Assembly: GCA_048884965.1 (NCBI GenBank)
Contig: JBHLQH010000012.1
Coordinates: 1-64,000, forward strand
DNA: 64,000 bases
Direction: 5' to 3'
Source: Candidatus Thorarchaeota archaeon
GTDB lineage: Archaea > Asgardarchaeota > Thorarchaeia > Thorarchaeales > Thorarchaeaceae
A program made the translations under genes and the position numbers. The stretch's first letter is position 1, and every line of letters starts with the position of its first letter. Shown here in pieces: positions 1-9,319 of this stretch. Under the pieces are notes generated by a model that worked only from the letters and a program-made list of their open reading frames with translations, was not told the DNA's origin and did not search any database.

Positions 1-2
1 TT

Positions 3-968
3 CGAGATTGTAAGATTTACGCCAATCTGGCTTATGGTATATCTGATAGTGGCTCAGGTGTCTACTATGATAATATAGTCGCTTGGAACTATCAATATAA
101 TGCATATTGCGATATCTGGGCAATTCCCAGTGCGTTTGACGACGGCATTAGCCGAGGTAATCTCTGGAGTGATTACGATGGCTCAGGTAACTACTATATC
201 GAAGAGTCTTGTGTTGATCACTATCCTCAGCTCATAACCGATGACATCGCTCCAACCATCAATCAACCAGTTGATGCATCATATATCATTGGACGAAACA
301 CTACAACCCTTACTTGGTTACCTGATGACGAGTGGCAGGGATGGTATGATATCTATGTGGACGGGTCATGGAATTGTAACGGATCGTGGTTCACCTCATC
401 GATCGAGTATACTCCTGATTTCTCTGTTTCTGGTATCTACAATGTAACAGTTGTCGCGAGAGACGCCGCTGGCAACTCGGTCTCGGACACGGTCTTCGTA
501 ACTGCAATACTTGATGATACTACACCTCCTACGATAGATCATCCTGCAGATATCCAATATGAAGAAGGGACTGGAGGACACTCTGTCACTTGGGTAGCTA
601 ATGATGTGAATCCATCCAACTGGACACTATTGCATAACGGAACACCTGCCCTAACAGATGAATGGAATGGAGGTTCGATAACCGTCAGTGTTGATGGTCT
701 CCCAGCAGGAGTACACAACATGACCATCATTGTTTCAGATGTCAATGGTAATACTGTGTCAGATACTGTCATGGTTTTTGTCACTGATTCTGGAATCTCT
801 ACACCAACTACGACAACGACTACTATCACAACAACACCGACAACACCACCAATATGGATTCCAGATACAATGACACTGACCATCATGATTTCATTTGGAC
901 TTCTTATCGTCGTCCTAGCAGTGGTACTGAATCGCAGAAGAGGAAGATCCGCTACATTCACACCTTGA
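3..968 (+). CDS. Surface protein, 5'-truncated by window edge: NosD/parallel beta-helix end, Ig-like repeats, Thr-rich linker, C-terminal TM anchor
   Basis: The frame of the 357..968 ORF is open from position 3 (RDCKIYANLAYGI...GNLWSDYDGSGNYYI...VDHYP, a NosD-type C-terminal motif). It continues into Ig-like repeats (YNVTVVARDAAGN, HNMTIIVSDVNGN), a poly-Thr stretch, a hydrophobic helix and basic tail RRRGR. Confidence 0.85.
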   Translation, partial: RDCKIYANLAYGISDSGSGVYYDNIVAWNYQYNAYCDIWAIPSAFDDGISRGNLWSDYDGSGNYYIEESCVDHYPQLITDDIAPTINQPVDASYIIGRNTTTLTWLPDDEWQGWYDIYVDGSWNCNGSWFTSSIEYTPDFSVSGIYNVTVVARDAAGNSVSDTVFVTAILDDTTPPTIDHPADIQYEEGTGGHSVTWVANDVNPSNWTLLHNGTPALTDEWNGGSITVSVDGLPAGVHNMTIIVSDVNGNTVSDTVMVFVTDSGISTPTTTTTTITTTPTTPPIWIPDTMTLTIMISFGLLIVVLAVVLNRRRGRSATFTP

Positions 969-1019
969 ACTTTGATCGAATCCACCGGATATCTTCAATA
1001 GCCCAGATTATGGAAGTGC

Positions 1020-2843
1020 TCATTTCTTCGTCTTCTTCTTGGCTTTCTCTCGGGCTTCCCTAGCCTCGTCGCTTTGCCCTTCACTGTCAAGGATATCTCC
1101 TAGTGCTTCCCAACCCTCAGAGATATCTGGATTCGATTTCATGATTTGCCGAATTGACTGTGCAGCATCCATCTTCTCTCTTTCAGTCTCAATAGCTTGA
1201 GTATAGATGTGCTGGGCATCCTCCTTTCGTCCCATCTTCTCCAGAGTCACTCCGTACCAAATCCAAGACTGTGCCAAATAGGGGAACTTAGTTCGCATCT
1301 CATTGTAGAGAGCTTCAGCTTTTTCTGGCTGGTCCGTTTCCAAATATAGATCACTCAATGCACGATATGCCTCACTGAAATCAGGTTTCAGTTCGACAGC
1401 CCTTTTCAGCGAAACTTCAGAAGACTCGTATTCCTTTTGATCCATCAACGATAGCCCGTAGAGATATCGAGCATTCGCAGCCTCTGATTCCAAGACGCAT
1501 AACCGTTCAGCAAATCCATAATCGTATAGGAGGTACTCAGTTTCATCCCTGAAGGTTAGGAAGAAATCGCTTCGTAGATGAAAGGGATTCTGCATCTTGG
1601 AGATGATCACAAATCTGGCCTGCTTCTCACGCAGATTCCATAGCCAACGTAATTTCTCAGAGCTTAGATGATGCTGTTTAAAGACTCTTGACTTTTCTGG
1701 ATCTTCTCCTTCTTGAGGTATATAGTCATCCCAAGATTTGACCAATCTGAATGGAAGGCGAGCAATAGTCCATCCAGACAGAACGGATAGGAAGCTGAGA
1801 ATGACCAACCACCAAACTGAAACTGGATACAAAGCCCCAAAGGCATCCGAGAATGCAAACAGTATCCCTACAAGAATCAAAGCAGGAAAGAGAAAGACAC
1901 TGACCAAGAACAAACTTCGAATCTTTGAACCAAGAAAGAATGAGTGCCATGAGTTGTCCATTAGAAGTCGTATCTTCTTTCCGTGTCGCAGATACTGAGA
2001 AATATAACGCCCCCACCGGCCCTTCAGCTCCTTCACGGTTTTCATTACACCAAAATAATGATAGTAGTCCCAGCATGCCTTATCGAACTGCCATTTAGTC
2101 GATCCTTCAGCTCTTCGTATCCAAACGAATACAGGTGCATAATCCATGTCATGAGCGGATTTCATGATTCTGCGCCACTCAAGAATAGCTACAAGGAAAC
2201 AGATAGCTGCAATCAACACTAGCAGGATATATACAAAATTGAAGAAGGGGACTAGCCACATCAAGATTCCATAGGGTATGAGTAGTGTAGTACTTCGAAC
2301 ATAGAACTTCTGACCCTTCGGCATGTTCAAGATATCACCCAGATGAGGCGCTATCCCTCCCAGCAACATAGGAATCCATACAGCTCCTGTGATAAGCCAA
2401 GGAATCGATTCCACGTGAGGAGGAAGAAGCAATGAGAAATTACCATCTGAAATTGCCTGCAACATCAATGAACTCTCAGACTGAAAGATAGTGGATGCCA
2501 GGTACGCCCAAAGACCCATGATGAGGGGTATGATGACCATCCAGAGGATGTTGATAGCTCCAAACTGCCGCGTATAGACATAGATGTATTGTAGGCAACG
2601 TTCTGTGTCATCTGTATTCCTTACAGCACGATAGAGAACTCCACCGAAATATCTTCGCTCGAAGCGTTGCTGGAATCCTATCACATTCACATCAGGAGCG
2701 AAATCACGTAATTCTTGAATTGAATCAGACGTGGCATCGACAACGGTCCCCACGGGAAGGTCGATGCCTATTGTCGTTCCAAGTGATTTCAGTGACCTTA
2801 TCTTCTCATAGATCTTCTTGGACCAAATGCCTCTCTCTCGCAC
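1020..2843 (-). CDS. Multi-pass membrane protein with C-terminal TPR repeats
   Basis: 607 aa ORF with about 6 hydrophobic segments. The C-terminus has TPR consensus (ARYLYGLSL..AVELKPDFSEAYRALSDLY; SWIWYGVTLEKMGRKEDA). Confidence 0.8.
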   Translation of the reverse strand: MRERGIWSKKIYEKIRSLKSLGTTIGIDLPVGTVVDATSDSIQELRDFAPDVNVIGFQQRFERRYFGGVLYRAVRNTDDTERCLQYIYVYTRQFGAINILWMVIIPLIMGLWAYLASTIFQSESSLMLQAISDGNFSLLLPPHVESIPWLITGAVWIPMLLGGIAPHLGDILNMPKGQKFYVRSTTLLIPYGILMWLVPFFNFVYILLVLIAAICFLVAILEWRRIMKSAHDMDYAPVFVWIRRAEGSTKWQFDKACWDYYHYFGVMKTVKELKGRWGRYISQYLRHGKKIRLLMDNSWHSFFLGSKIRSLFLVSVFLFPALILVGILFAFSDAFGALYPVSVWWLVILSFLSVLSGWTIARLPFRLVKSWDDYIPQEGEDPEKSRVFKQHHLSSEKLRWLWNLREKQARFVIISKMQNPFHLRSDFFLTFRDETEYLLYDYGFAERLCVLESEAANARYLYGLSLMDQKEYESSEVSLKRAVELKPDFSEAYRALSDLYLETDQPEKAEALYNEMRTKFPYLAQSWIWYGVTLEKMGRKEDAQHIYTQAIETEREKMDAAQSIRQIMKSNPDISEGWEALGDILDSEGQSDEAREAREKAKKKTKK

Positions 2844-3049
2844 ACCTACACCTCCATCTCAAAGAATAAGCAATCACATCCAGGAATATGCCAAGAATCA
2901 AGAAATATCTTTGATATTAATCTATGCCCAAACTACACCTCTCATCAATCGTTTCATTGGATGAGTAATGATTTCAAAAGAGAATACGAATCTCTCCGAG
3001 TTTTATTATCTTGAGACTAACTGATACCATTTCCTGACTGAGCGTTGGG

Positions 3050-3720
3050 GTGAAATCGTGTCAGGATTACTATCTCGTTACTCCTCAGAGAATATGCAAT
3101 TCTATTGGTTCAAAGAATCTACAGATGTCAGCTATGGTGTTTAGATTCGAGGAGTATGATCCTGATAAGGCACTACTTGATTTGATGAACGAGATTCTAT
3201 TTGTTAGAGTGGATGCCGCGCAGTATAGAATTGAATCTCAAATCCCTCTAACATCATACGAATTTCATATTCAGGAAAACTATCGAGAGTTCTTCAAGGA
3301 ATTCGCCATCTATGCGAACTCTAGGTGGAAGGACATACAAGCAATGAATGGGACTTTATCAGATTCCCTTTTAGAGAATCAGCTCACACCCTCATGGGAC
3401 TTTTCAGAATTCTCAAGACAGGAAGTGCGTATACCTCTGCTGAAGGAGAGCCATATACAGAAGAAGAGGCCGCCATAATAGAGGAGAAGCACAGAAAAGC
3501 ACTCCAAAGAGATGCTGATTCATTGCTTATCTTTTGCTATGTTCTGGATGATACACGGGGAGAGGATGTAAGTTCAGGATTTGGGATTCCTAAAGAGATG
3601 CTTGAGATACGAGATAGAATCTCACCATGGTTCGAGGCTGTCGCATGGGATGACCTCATGTTCATCATCAACCCAAAACATAACATGCTATATATCATTG
3701 CATACACTGATTCTGATTAG
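3050..3720 (+). pseudogene. Hypothetical protein apparently split by a frameshift near 3325-3340 (pseudogene or sequencing error)
   Basis: Two overlapping + ORFs in different frames (3050..3478 and 3325..3720). The first half of ORF1 and the body of ORF2 look protein-like, while the tail of ORF1 does not. Confidence 0.5.
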
Positions 3721-3788
3721 GATTTATAAAAATGAAAGTGGTCGATGGATTTCAATCTCACATCGACCATGTTCTCGGATCTTTCTTC

Positions 3789-6700
3789 TTAGCTTTTTCG
3801 TACCTTCCTCCAGAAGACAAAAATCAGCACAATCGCGATGCCGCCAATCCCACCGATTACAAGCATCATAACCAAGGGATCTATTCCCTGAGTCGAACCC
3901 GGATAGCTGAGCGGGTCGAGGGGATCTGAACCAGCGATGACCTCAATACCGTCAAGGTAGGTATCAGCGTCGCTATCATCATCTAGAGGATCTGTTCCAA
4001 GCTTGATCTCGAAAGCATCGTTGAGATTGTCATTATCGGTATCGATGCAGAGGGGATCCGTGCCATAGTACAGCTCATCCAGATCGTCGAGACCATCATA
4101 GTCTGTGTCCCCAACTGAGATACCTAGCTCATCAACAAGTCCTCTGAGCTCATCAAAGTCCTCGATATGAGTCGCATTGATGGAATTCAACAGAATGATA
4201 TTTCCAGATATGAGAGCCGCTAGTACGTCCATTTCCGCAGAATTGGCATTGACGGATGCTATCACACTTAGTAGTAGCGTTGCATTACCTTCAACGTAGG
4301 TGAACAGGGTCTCTATAGCAGTATGATTGCCATCCAGCCATGCTAGTATCTGAGTGAGGTCTGTAGGTTCGAGTGCATTCACCTGATCGATGACATTTAG
4401 GAGCAGGGTCTCATTACCAGCAGACCAGCTCAAGAGATTCTCGATGAGCGAACTGTTCTCATTCAACGCATTCACTGTGTTCAGGAGGAGGGTCGCGTTT
4501 CCATCGAGTTGCGTGAAGAGAGTTTCTATAGCTGAATGATTGCCATCAAGCCATGCAATGACCTGTATCAAGAGCGTCGCATTATCATCCAGTTGCTGCA
4601 TCACAGCTACGAGAAGACTATAGTTACTATTCGACCAATCGATGAGGTTCTGAATGAGGCTAGCGTTTCCATCAAGGTCTGCGTAGATCGCATCGTACCA
4701 TGCCTGCGGAATCGCAGGGTAGTCCAGCGCATCATTAGGATCTGAACCATAGGCAACCTCGTATGCATCCAAGAAGTTGTCATTGTCACTGTCGATAGCA
4801 AGACTATCTGTGCCTAAAATACTCTCGGAGAAATCGGGTAATGAATCACCATCAGAATCTATATCATAGACAGCCAAGAATCCATCATCAGCTCCAGCCG
4901 CTGTAACACTGTACGCGAGCTGGCAGGGGAAATCAGCCGATTGAGTATATCCAGCAATATACAGCCGTCCAGAGATGTAGTCAATACTCCAGACCTTGTC
5001 GATTCCTGTGCCTCCGATACATGTACTGAAGAGGAGTGATTGACCGTCAGGAGCAAACTTGGTCACAAACACATCGATTGACGATGGATCGCATGGCATA
5101 GTGTGTCCAGCTGTAATTGGAAAATCAGTTGAATCGGTATATCCAGAAATGCACACAGTGCTATCCTCGACAGATATAGCCCAAGGACTAACCTGACCTG
5201 ATCCAGTGAGATATGTGCAGTATACAACTCGAGAAACATTTGTATTGACCTTGGCCAGAAATCCGGAATTCATTCCACTGCCCATATACGCAGGATACAG
5301 AGCATTGACCACCGGGAAGTCTGTGGACGATGTTCCACCCGTCAGGAAGGCGATTCCTCTCTCAACACACATGCCCTGCACATTTTCCAAGTTCGAGCCT
5401 CCGATGTAGCTGCTAAGGACGATACTCTTACCATCTGGCGCGAACTTCGTTAGGAACCCTTCCGAGCCGCCAGCAAAAGTACCATCGAACTCCTGAACCA
5501 ACGGAAAATCAGAAGACCCAGTCATGCCGCTAATATACACTACTCCATTCTCAACTGCAATCTGGATGCCCTGATCCTGTCCATTTCCACCCAAATAGGT
5601 ACTATAGACAAGTGATTGACCGTCAGGAGTGAACTTCGAGAGGAACGCATCTGTGGATGCGCCTCTGGTACTGTCATACGCATTCATAGTAGGGAAGTTG
5701 GTGCTGTAGGTTTCTCCAGTCACGTATATGTATCCATTTTCAACGCGCAGGTCATAGATTCGATCGATATACGAGCTTCCTCCTAGGAGCGTACTGAACT
5801 CAGGTGAAGAGCCGTCAGAAGCCAGCTTCATTAGGAAGGCATCCTGGGTTCCGTTGAACGTAGCATCATATGCAAGATAGGTCGGGAAATTTGGAGAGTT
5901 CGTATAGCCACCGATGAACACACACCCCTCATGTACAGACAACGTTTCGAGCGTGTCATCATTTATACCTCCAATGTAGGTGCTGTAGACTATCGATTGC
6001 CCGTCTGGAGTTAGCTTGATGATGAACGCATCACATGTCAAGCTGTAGGTGGAGTTCCATGCATTCACCATTGGAAAGTTCGCAGAGGTCGTGTAGCCTG
6101 CGAGGTAGATGTAGTCATCAACAACTTGGACAACTTGGACTTGCTCGGATCCGGATCCACCTATATACGAGCTGTAGGCGATATCATAGTCGGAGGGGGA
6201 TGTCGCACCGGGGTATGAATGAGCATCAAGGGGGTCACTATGATGTGCGATCTCGTATCCATCGTTGTAGTTGTCATTATCAGTATCGATGCAGAAGGGA
6301 TTGGTTCCATAACTGATTTCGTCCTCATTAGATAAACCATCCATGTCGCTATCATCTATAAAAACTGCAACCAGGCAATCCGGATTAGAGAAGCCACCAA
6401 AGGTAATGTCATAGGAATTGACCAGAGGCAGGTCAGATGAGGTAGTTTGACCTGTTACATACACGCGACTGTTCTCTACTGCAACTGCTTCTGTCCAATC
6501 AGCACCTGCGCCGCCAAGGTACGTACTGTAGACCAAATCCTGACCGTCCACCGCGAATTTGGCCACAAAGCAGTCACCTGCGCCATTATAGGATGAGTCA
6601 TACGCATTTTTCATAGGGAAGGATGATGTTGTGGAACCTGTTATGTACGCATAGCCGTTTTCTACCGCGAGCCCATGTGGATACTCATTACTCGAACCTC

Positions 6701-8423
6701 CATAATAAGTACTGTAAACAAGCGTTTGACCATCTGAAGAGAGTTTGGTCAAGAAGGCATCTGCCCCTCCACCGATGTTTTGCTGATACGCATAGGCAAC
6801 TGGAAATCCGCTCGAGCCTGTCCATCCAGTGATATAGGCAATCCCATTCTCAGCCGCGATTTCATAGGCAGTATCACTACTGGTGCCTCCGAGAAAGGTG
6901 CTGTACTCCAGAGATTGACCATCTGCTGCGAACTTGGTCACGAAGCAATCGGATGTTCCTCCACTAAAGACGTCATATAATGCGCTTTCTCTAGGGAAAT
7001 TGGAGGACTCTGTGCCTCCAGTAACGAATATAACTCCTTCTTCCAAGTCAACTCCATACCCAATATCTGTGCCTATTCCACCAAGGTAGGTGCAATAGAT
7101 CACGGACGAACCGTTTGGTGCGAAGAGGCTTACGAAGCAGTCGTAGCTAGAACCACCAGCAAAAGTTGCGTTGTAGGCATTATATGTTGGAAGGTCAGGG
7201 GAATTAGTATAGCCCGTTATAGCTACATACCCATTTTCCACAGCAATACCATTTGCCAATTCCGAATTTGACCCACCTAAGAATGTGCTATAGACAAGGG
7301 TTTGTCCATCTGTTGCAAGCTTTGTGACAAAAGCTTCATTGCTGCCAGCAAATGATGAATCATATGCATTGACAAGAGGGAAGGTAGCGGTCATTGTATA
7401 TCCAGTGACATATACATAGCCATCCTCGACTGCGATGCCAAGAGCCTGCTCATCATACGTGCTCCCAAGATAGGTGCTATAGATAAGGGATTGACCATCA
7501 GGTGAGATCTTTGTCACAAAGCAATCATATCCACCACCCCAAGTGGAATCATTTGCATTCTGCATTGGAAATGTAGAAGATTCAGTATAGCCAGTTACGT
7601 AGATGAATCCATTCTCCACAGCGATATCCGTTCCTACATCGTCGCCGATCCCACCCAAATACGTGCTATATACGAGAAGTGGATCTATGAATAGTTCCTT
7701 TGAATTGTCATAGCCTCCAACATCAAACCCAATTGTGTGAGTGTCCACGAGGTAAAATGAGCTTGGCACTTCAGACCTCTCAACTTCTTGGAATGTGGAA
7801 AGTCCTGTATCACTAACGGAGAACTCAGCCAACGACACAGAGAGTGAGTCTGTTTGAACATCAAGGTTGTCTGCATCTGGATAGCTCATTCGAATGATGC
7901 TTGCATCTGCATAAGGCTTGACCACGAACTCGTACTTCAAGTTTCCATCCTGAATCCTGTAGACTAAATCTATTCCGGGATATATCTCGGAGTAGCGTAG
8001 AATCGAGCAGTCCACAATATTTCTCTTCCAACTCGTTTCGTTATTGCCTAGCAGGTAGTTGGTCACAGAGCCAGCGGGTTCCTCACCCTCAGGTATGACC
8101 ATTTGACTGCCAGGAAACTCCAAGTTGACTACTGCACCTTCAGAGAAGTACAGTACCGATGATGCCCCAAAGTAGGCAACTGCATCAGTCCCTCGTCTAC
8201 AGACAAAGTAAAATCCATTGTCAGAGGAAGGTGTTTCAGTAAAGAACATCATTGCAAGATCAATGGCGTCGCTACTGCTGGCATCTATAACTACATCATC
8301 CTGAATTACTGTCCCTCCCTCTAAATCTGAAGCCTCATTATTGAAGGTGAAGCTCAGTCCAATAGAAAGAGAAGGTGCAAGAATTAGAATATAGACTAAT
8401 AAAACCACATACGCGTGCTTCAC
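3789..8423 (-). CDS. Large cell-surface protein: signal peptide, SBBP beta-propeller repeats (two blocks), DxDxDG Ca-binding (TSP3-like) repeats, helical stalk, C-terminal TM anchor
   Basis: Many 'YSTYLGG..D...IAVE.G.iYvTGyT.S..FP' repeats; DSDMDGLS/DTDNDN motifs; C-terminal hydrophobic helix followed by RKVRKS. The ORF is open to 8510, but a GTG at 8423 precedes the signal peptide, so the start is uncertain. Confidence 0.9.
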   Translation of the reverse strand: MKHAYVVLLVYILILAPSLSIGLSFTFNNEASDLEGGTVIQDDVVIDASSSDAIDLAMMFFTETPSSDNGFYFVCRRGTDAVAYFGASSVLYFSEGAVVNLEFPGSQMVIPEGEEPAGSVTNYLLGNNETSWKRNIVDCSILRYSEIYPGIDLVYRIQDGNLKYEFVVKPYADASIIRMSYPDADNLDVQTDSLSVSLAEFSVSDTGLSTFQEVERSEVPSSFYLVDTHTIGFDVGGYDNSKELFIDPLLVYSTYLGGIGDDVGTDIAVENGFIYVTGYTESSTFPMQNANDSTWGGGYDCFVTKISPDGQSLIYSTYLGSTYDEQALGIAVEDGYVYVTGYTMTATFPLVNAYDSSFAGSNEAFVTKLATDGQTLVYSTFLGGSNSELANGIAVENGYVAITGYTNSPDLPTYNAYNATFAGGSSYDCFVSLFAPNGSSVIYCTYLGGIGTDIGYGVDLEEGVIFVTGGTESSNFPRESALYDVFSGGTSDCFVTKFAADGQSLEYSTFLGGTSSDTAYEIAAENGIAYITGWTGSSGFPVAYAYQQNIGGGADAFLTKLSSDGQTLVYSTYYGGSSNEYPHGLAVENGYAYITGSTTSSFPMKNAYDSSYNGAGDCFVAKFAVDGQDLVYSTYLGGAGADWTEAVAVENSRVYVTGQTTSSDLPLVNSYDITFGGFSNPDCLVAVFIDDSDMDGLSNEDEISYGTNPFCIDTDNDNYNDGYEIAHHSDPLDAHSYPGATSPSDYDIAYSSYIGGSGSEQVQVVQVVDDYIYLAGYTTSANFPMVNAWNSTYSLTCDAFIIKLTPDGQSIVYSTYIGGINDDTLETLSVHEGCVFIGGYTNSPNFPTYLAYDATFNGTQDAFLMKLASDGSSPEFSTLLGGSSYIDRIYDLRVENGYIYVTGETYSTNFPTMNAYDSTRGASTDAFLSKFTPDGQSLVYSTYLGGNGQDQGIQIAVENGVVYISGMTGSSDFPLVQEFDGTFAGGSEGFLTKFAPDGKSIVLSSYIGGSNLENVQGMCVERGIAFLTGGTSSTDFPVVNALYPAYMGSGMNSGFLAKVNTNVSRVVYCTYLTGSGQVSPWAISVEDSTVCISGYTDSTDFPITAGHTMPCDPSSIDVFVTKFAPDGQSLLFSTCIGGTGIDKVWSIDYISGRLYIAGYTQSADFPCQLAYSVTAAGADDGFLAVYDIDSDGDSLPDFSESILGTDSLAIDSDNDNFLDAYEVAYGSDPNDALDYPAIPQAWYDAIYADLDGNASLIQNLIDWSNSNYSLLVAVMQQLDDNATLLIQVIAWLDGNHSAIETLFTQLDGNATLLLNTVNALNENSSLIENLLSWSAGNETLLLNVIDQVNALEPTDLTQILAWLDGNHTAIETLFTYVEGNATLLLSVIASVNANSAEMDVLAALISGNIILLNSINATHIEDFDELRGLVDELGISVGDTDYDGLDDLDELYYGTDPLCIDTDNDNLNDAFEIKLGTDPLDDDSDADTYLDGIEVIAGSDPLDPLSYPGSTQGIDPLVMMLVIGGIGGIAIVLIFVFWRKVRKS

Positions 8424-9185
8424 TAGCGTTTCCACCCAAATATGAGAATTATGAGCCGATGAATCTCTGCTTATTATATTACTATGGAAATCAAGTTCAT
8501 ATTGAATCAAAACATAAGCTATCTTTTAGAATAGTTGAATTGCTAACCTATTAGCTACATGGAAATTACCGTTGAATTACTACAAATGGCGATGAGTTTC
8601 ATAGACCAGCTAGCCATTCTTGATGATGAGAAGAGACGTCACTGAGGAGTCTTCCTCAAGCCGCTCAGTTAAGCAATCAATTCGCTGGACATTCATATCC
8701 GGCTCTTCTAGTGAGGAAACTCTCCATGAATCTTTAGGCCAATAATCAATGTATGCCTGAAACGCTTTGTACAGAGGTGTTTGAAATGGAACTTGACCAA
8801 ATATCAGGAGGAGAACGAAGAGTCTTGCATCCACTTATTGCACCCATTTCAAGGGATGACATAGCCTCAATATCATTCCTTTGACTGACGCCTTCCATAC
8901 TCTCGAGGATGTTACTACCTCTTGAAATGTGCTTCGAATTTGACAATCTCCTTGGCAGCTACCTTGAAAAACTCGGTTTGTTATGAATTATTATTTTGAT
9001 GTAATTTTCCTTTGAATAGAAAAAATTGACAACAAATAATGGTTTTTCTAAACTTTTGGCCATTAAAATATTCCTTTGCTTAATGAATACAATAGAATTG
9101 ACCACTTTCTATACCGAAGTCCAATATTCTTTTACAAATCAGACGTAATTTCATCAAAAAAGGACTATTTGTAAACCAAGATTTT

Positions 9186-9203
9186 ACGAATCCTTATATT
9201 ATA
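9186..9203 (+). promoter_or_regulatory. Candidate archaeal promoter (TATA box TTATATTA at 9194-9201) of the CIS operon
   Basis: TATA-like element in an AT-rich intergenic region about 120 bp upstream of the sheath ATG; purine-rich ACGAA just upstream. Confidence 0.4.
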
Positions 9204-9233
9204 CCTAAGAAATACATTCTATCTAATTATTCG

Positions 9234-9291
9234 TCGTTATGGTTGAGGGAACTATATGGGGTTATCCATTGCAGTTCTGAATCCATAACGA
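9234..9291 (+). promoter_or_regulatory. 58-nt imperfect stem-loop in the putative 5' leader of the CIS operon
   Basis: Nested complementary pairs TCGTTATGG(9234-42)/CCATAACGA(9283-91), GAACT(9249-53)/AGTTC(9273-77) and ATGG(9256-59)/CCAT(9266-69), with loop GTTA. Confidence 0.6.
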
Positions 9292-9319
9292 TACCAGATG
9301 TAGTGAGGCAAAGAAGAGC

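Noticed and set aside
8610-8946. ORFs 8610..8834 and 8746..8946 as real genes or a transposase remnant
   Set aside because: Short, overlapping, with no recognisable motifs or terminal inverted repeats. Kept only as possible debris.
9234-9291. Eukaryote-like SECIS element (UGA/GA internal loop)
   Set aside because: It lacks the RUGA context and the apical AA at the expected distance, lies 5' of a gene, and no in-frame-UGA selenoprotein candidate is nearby.
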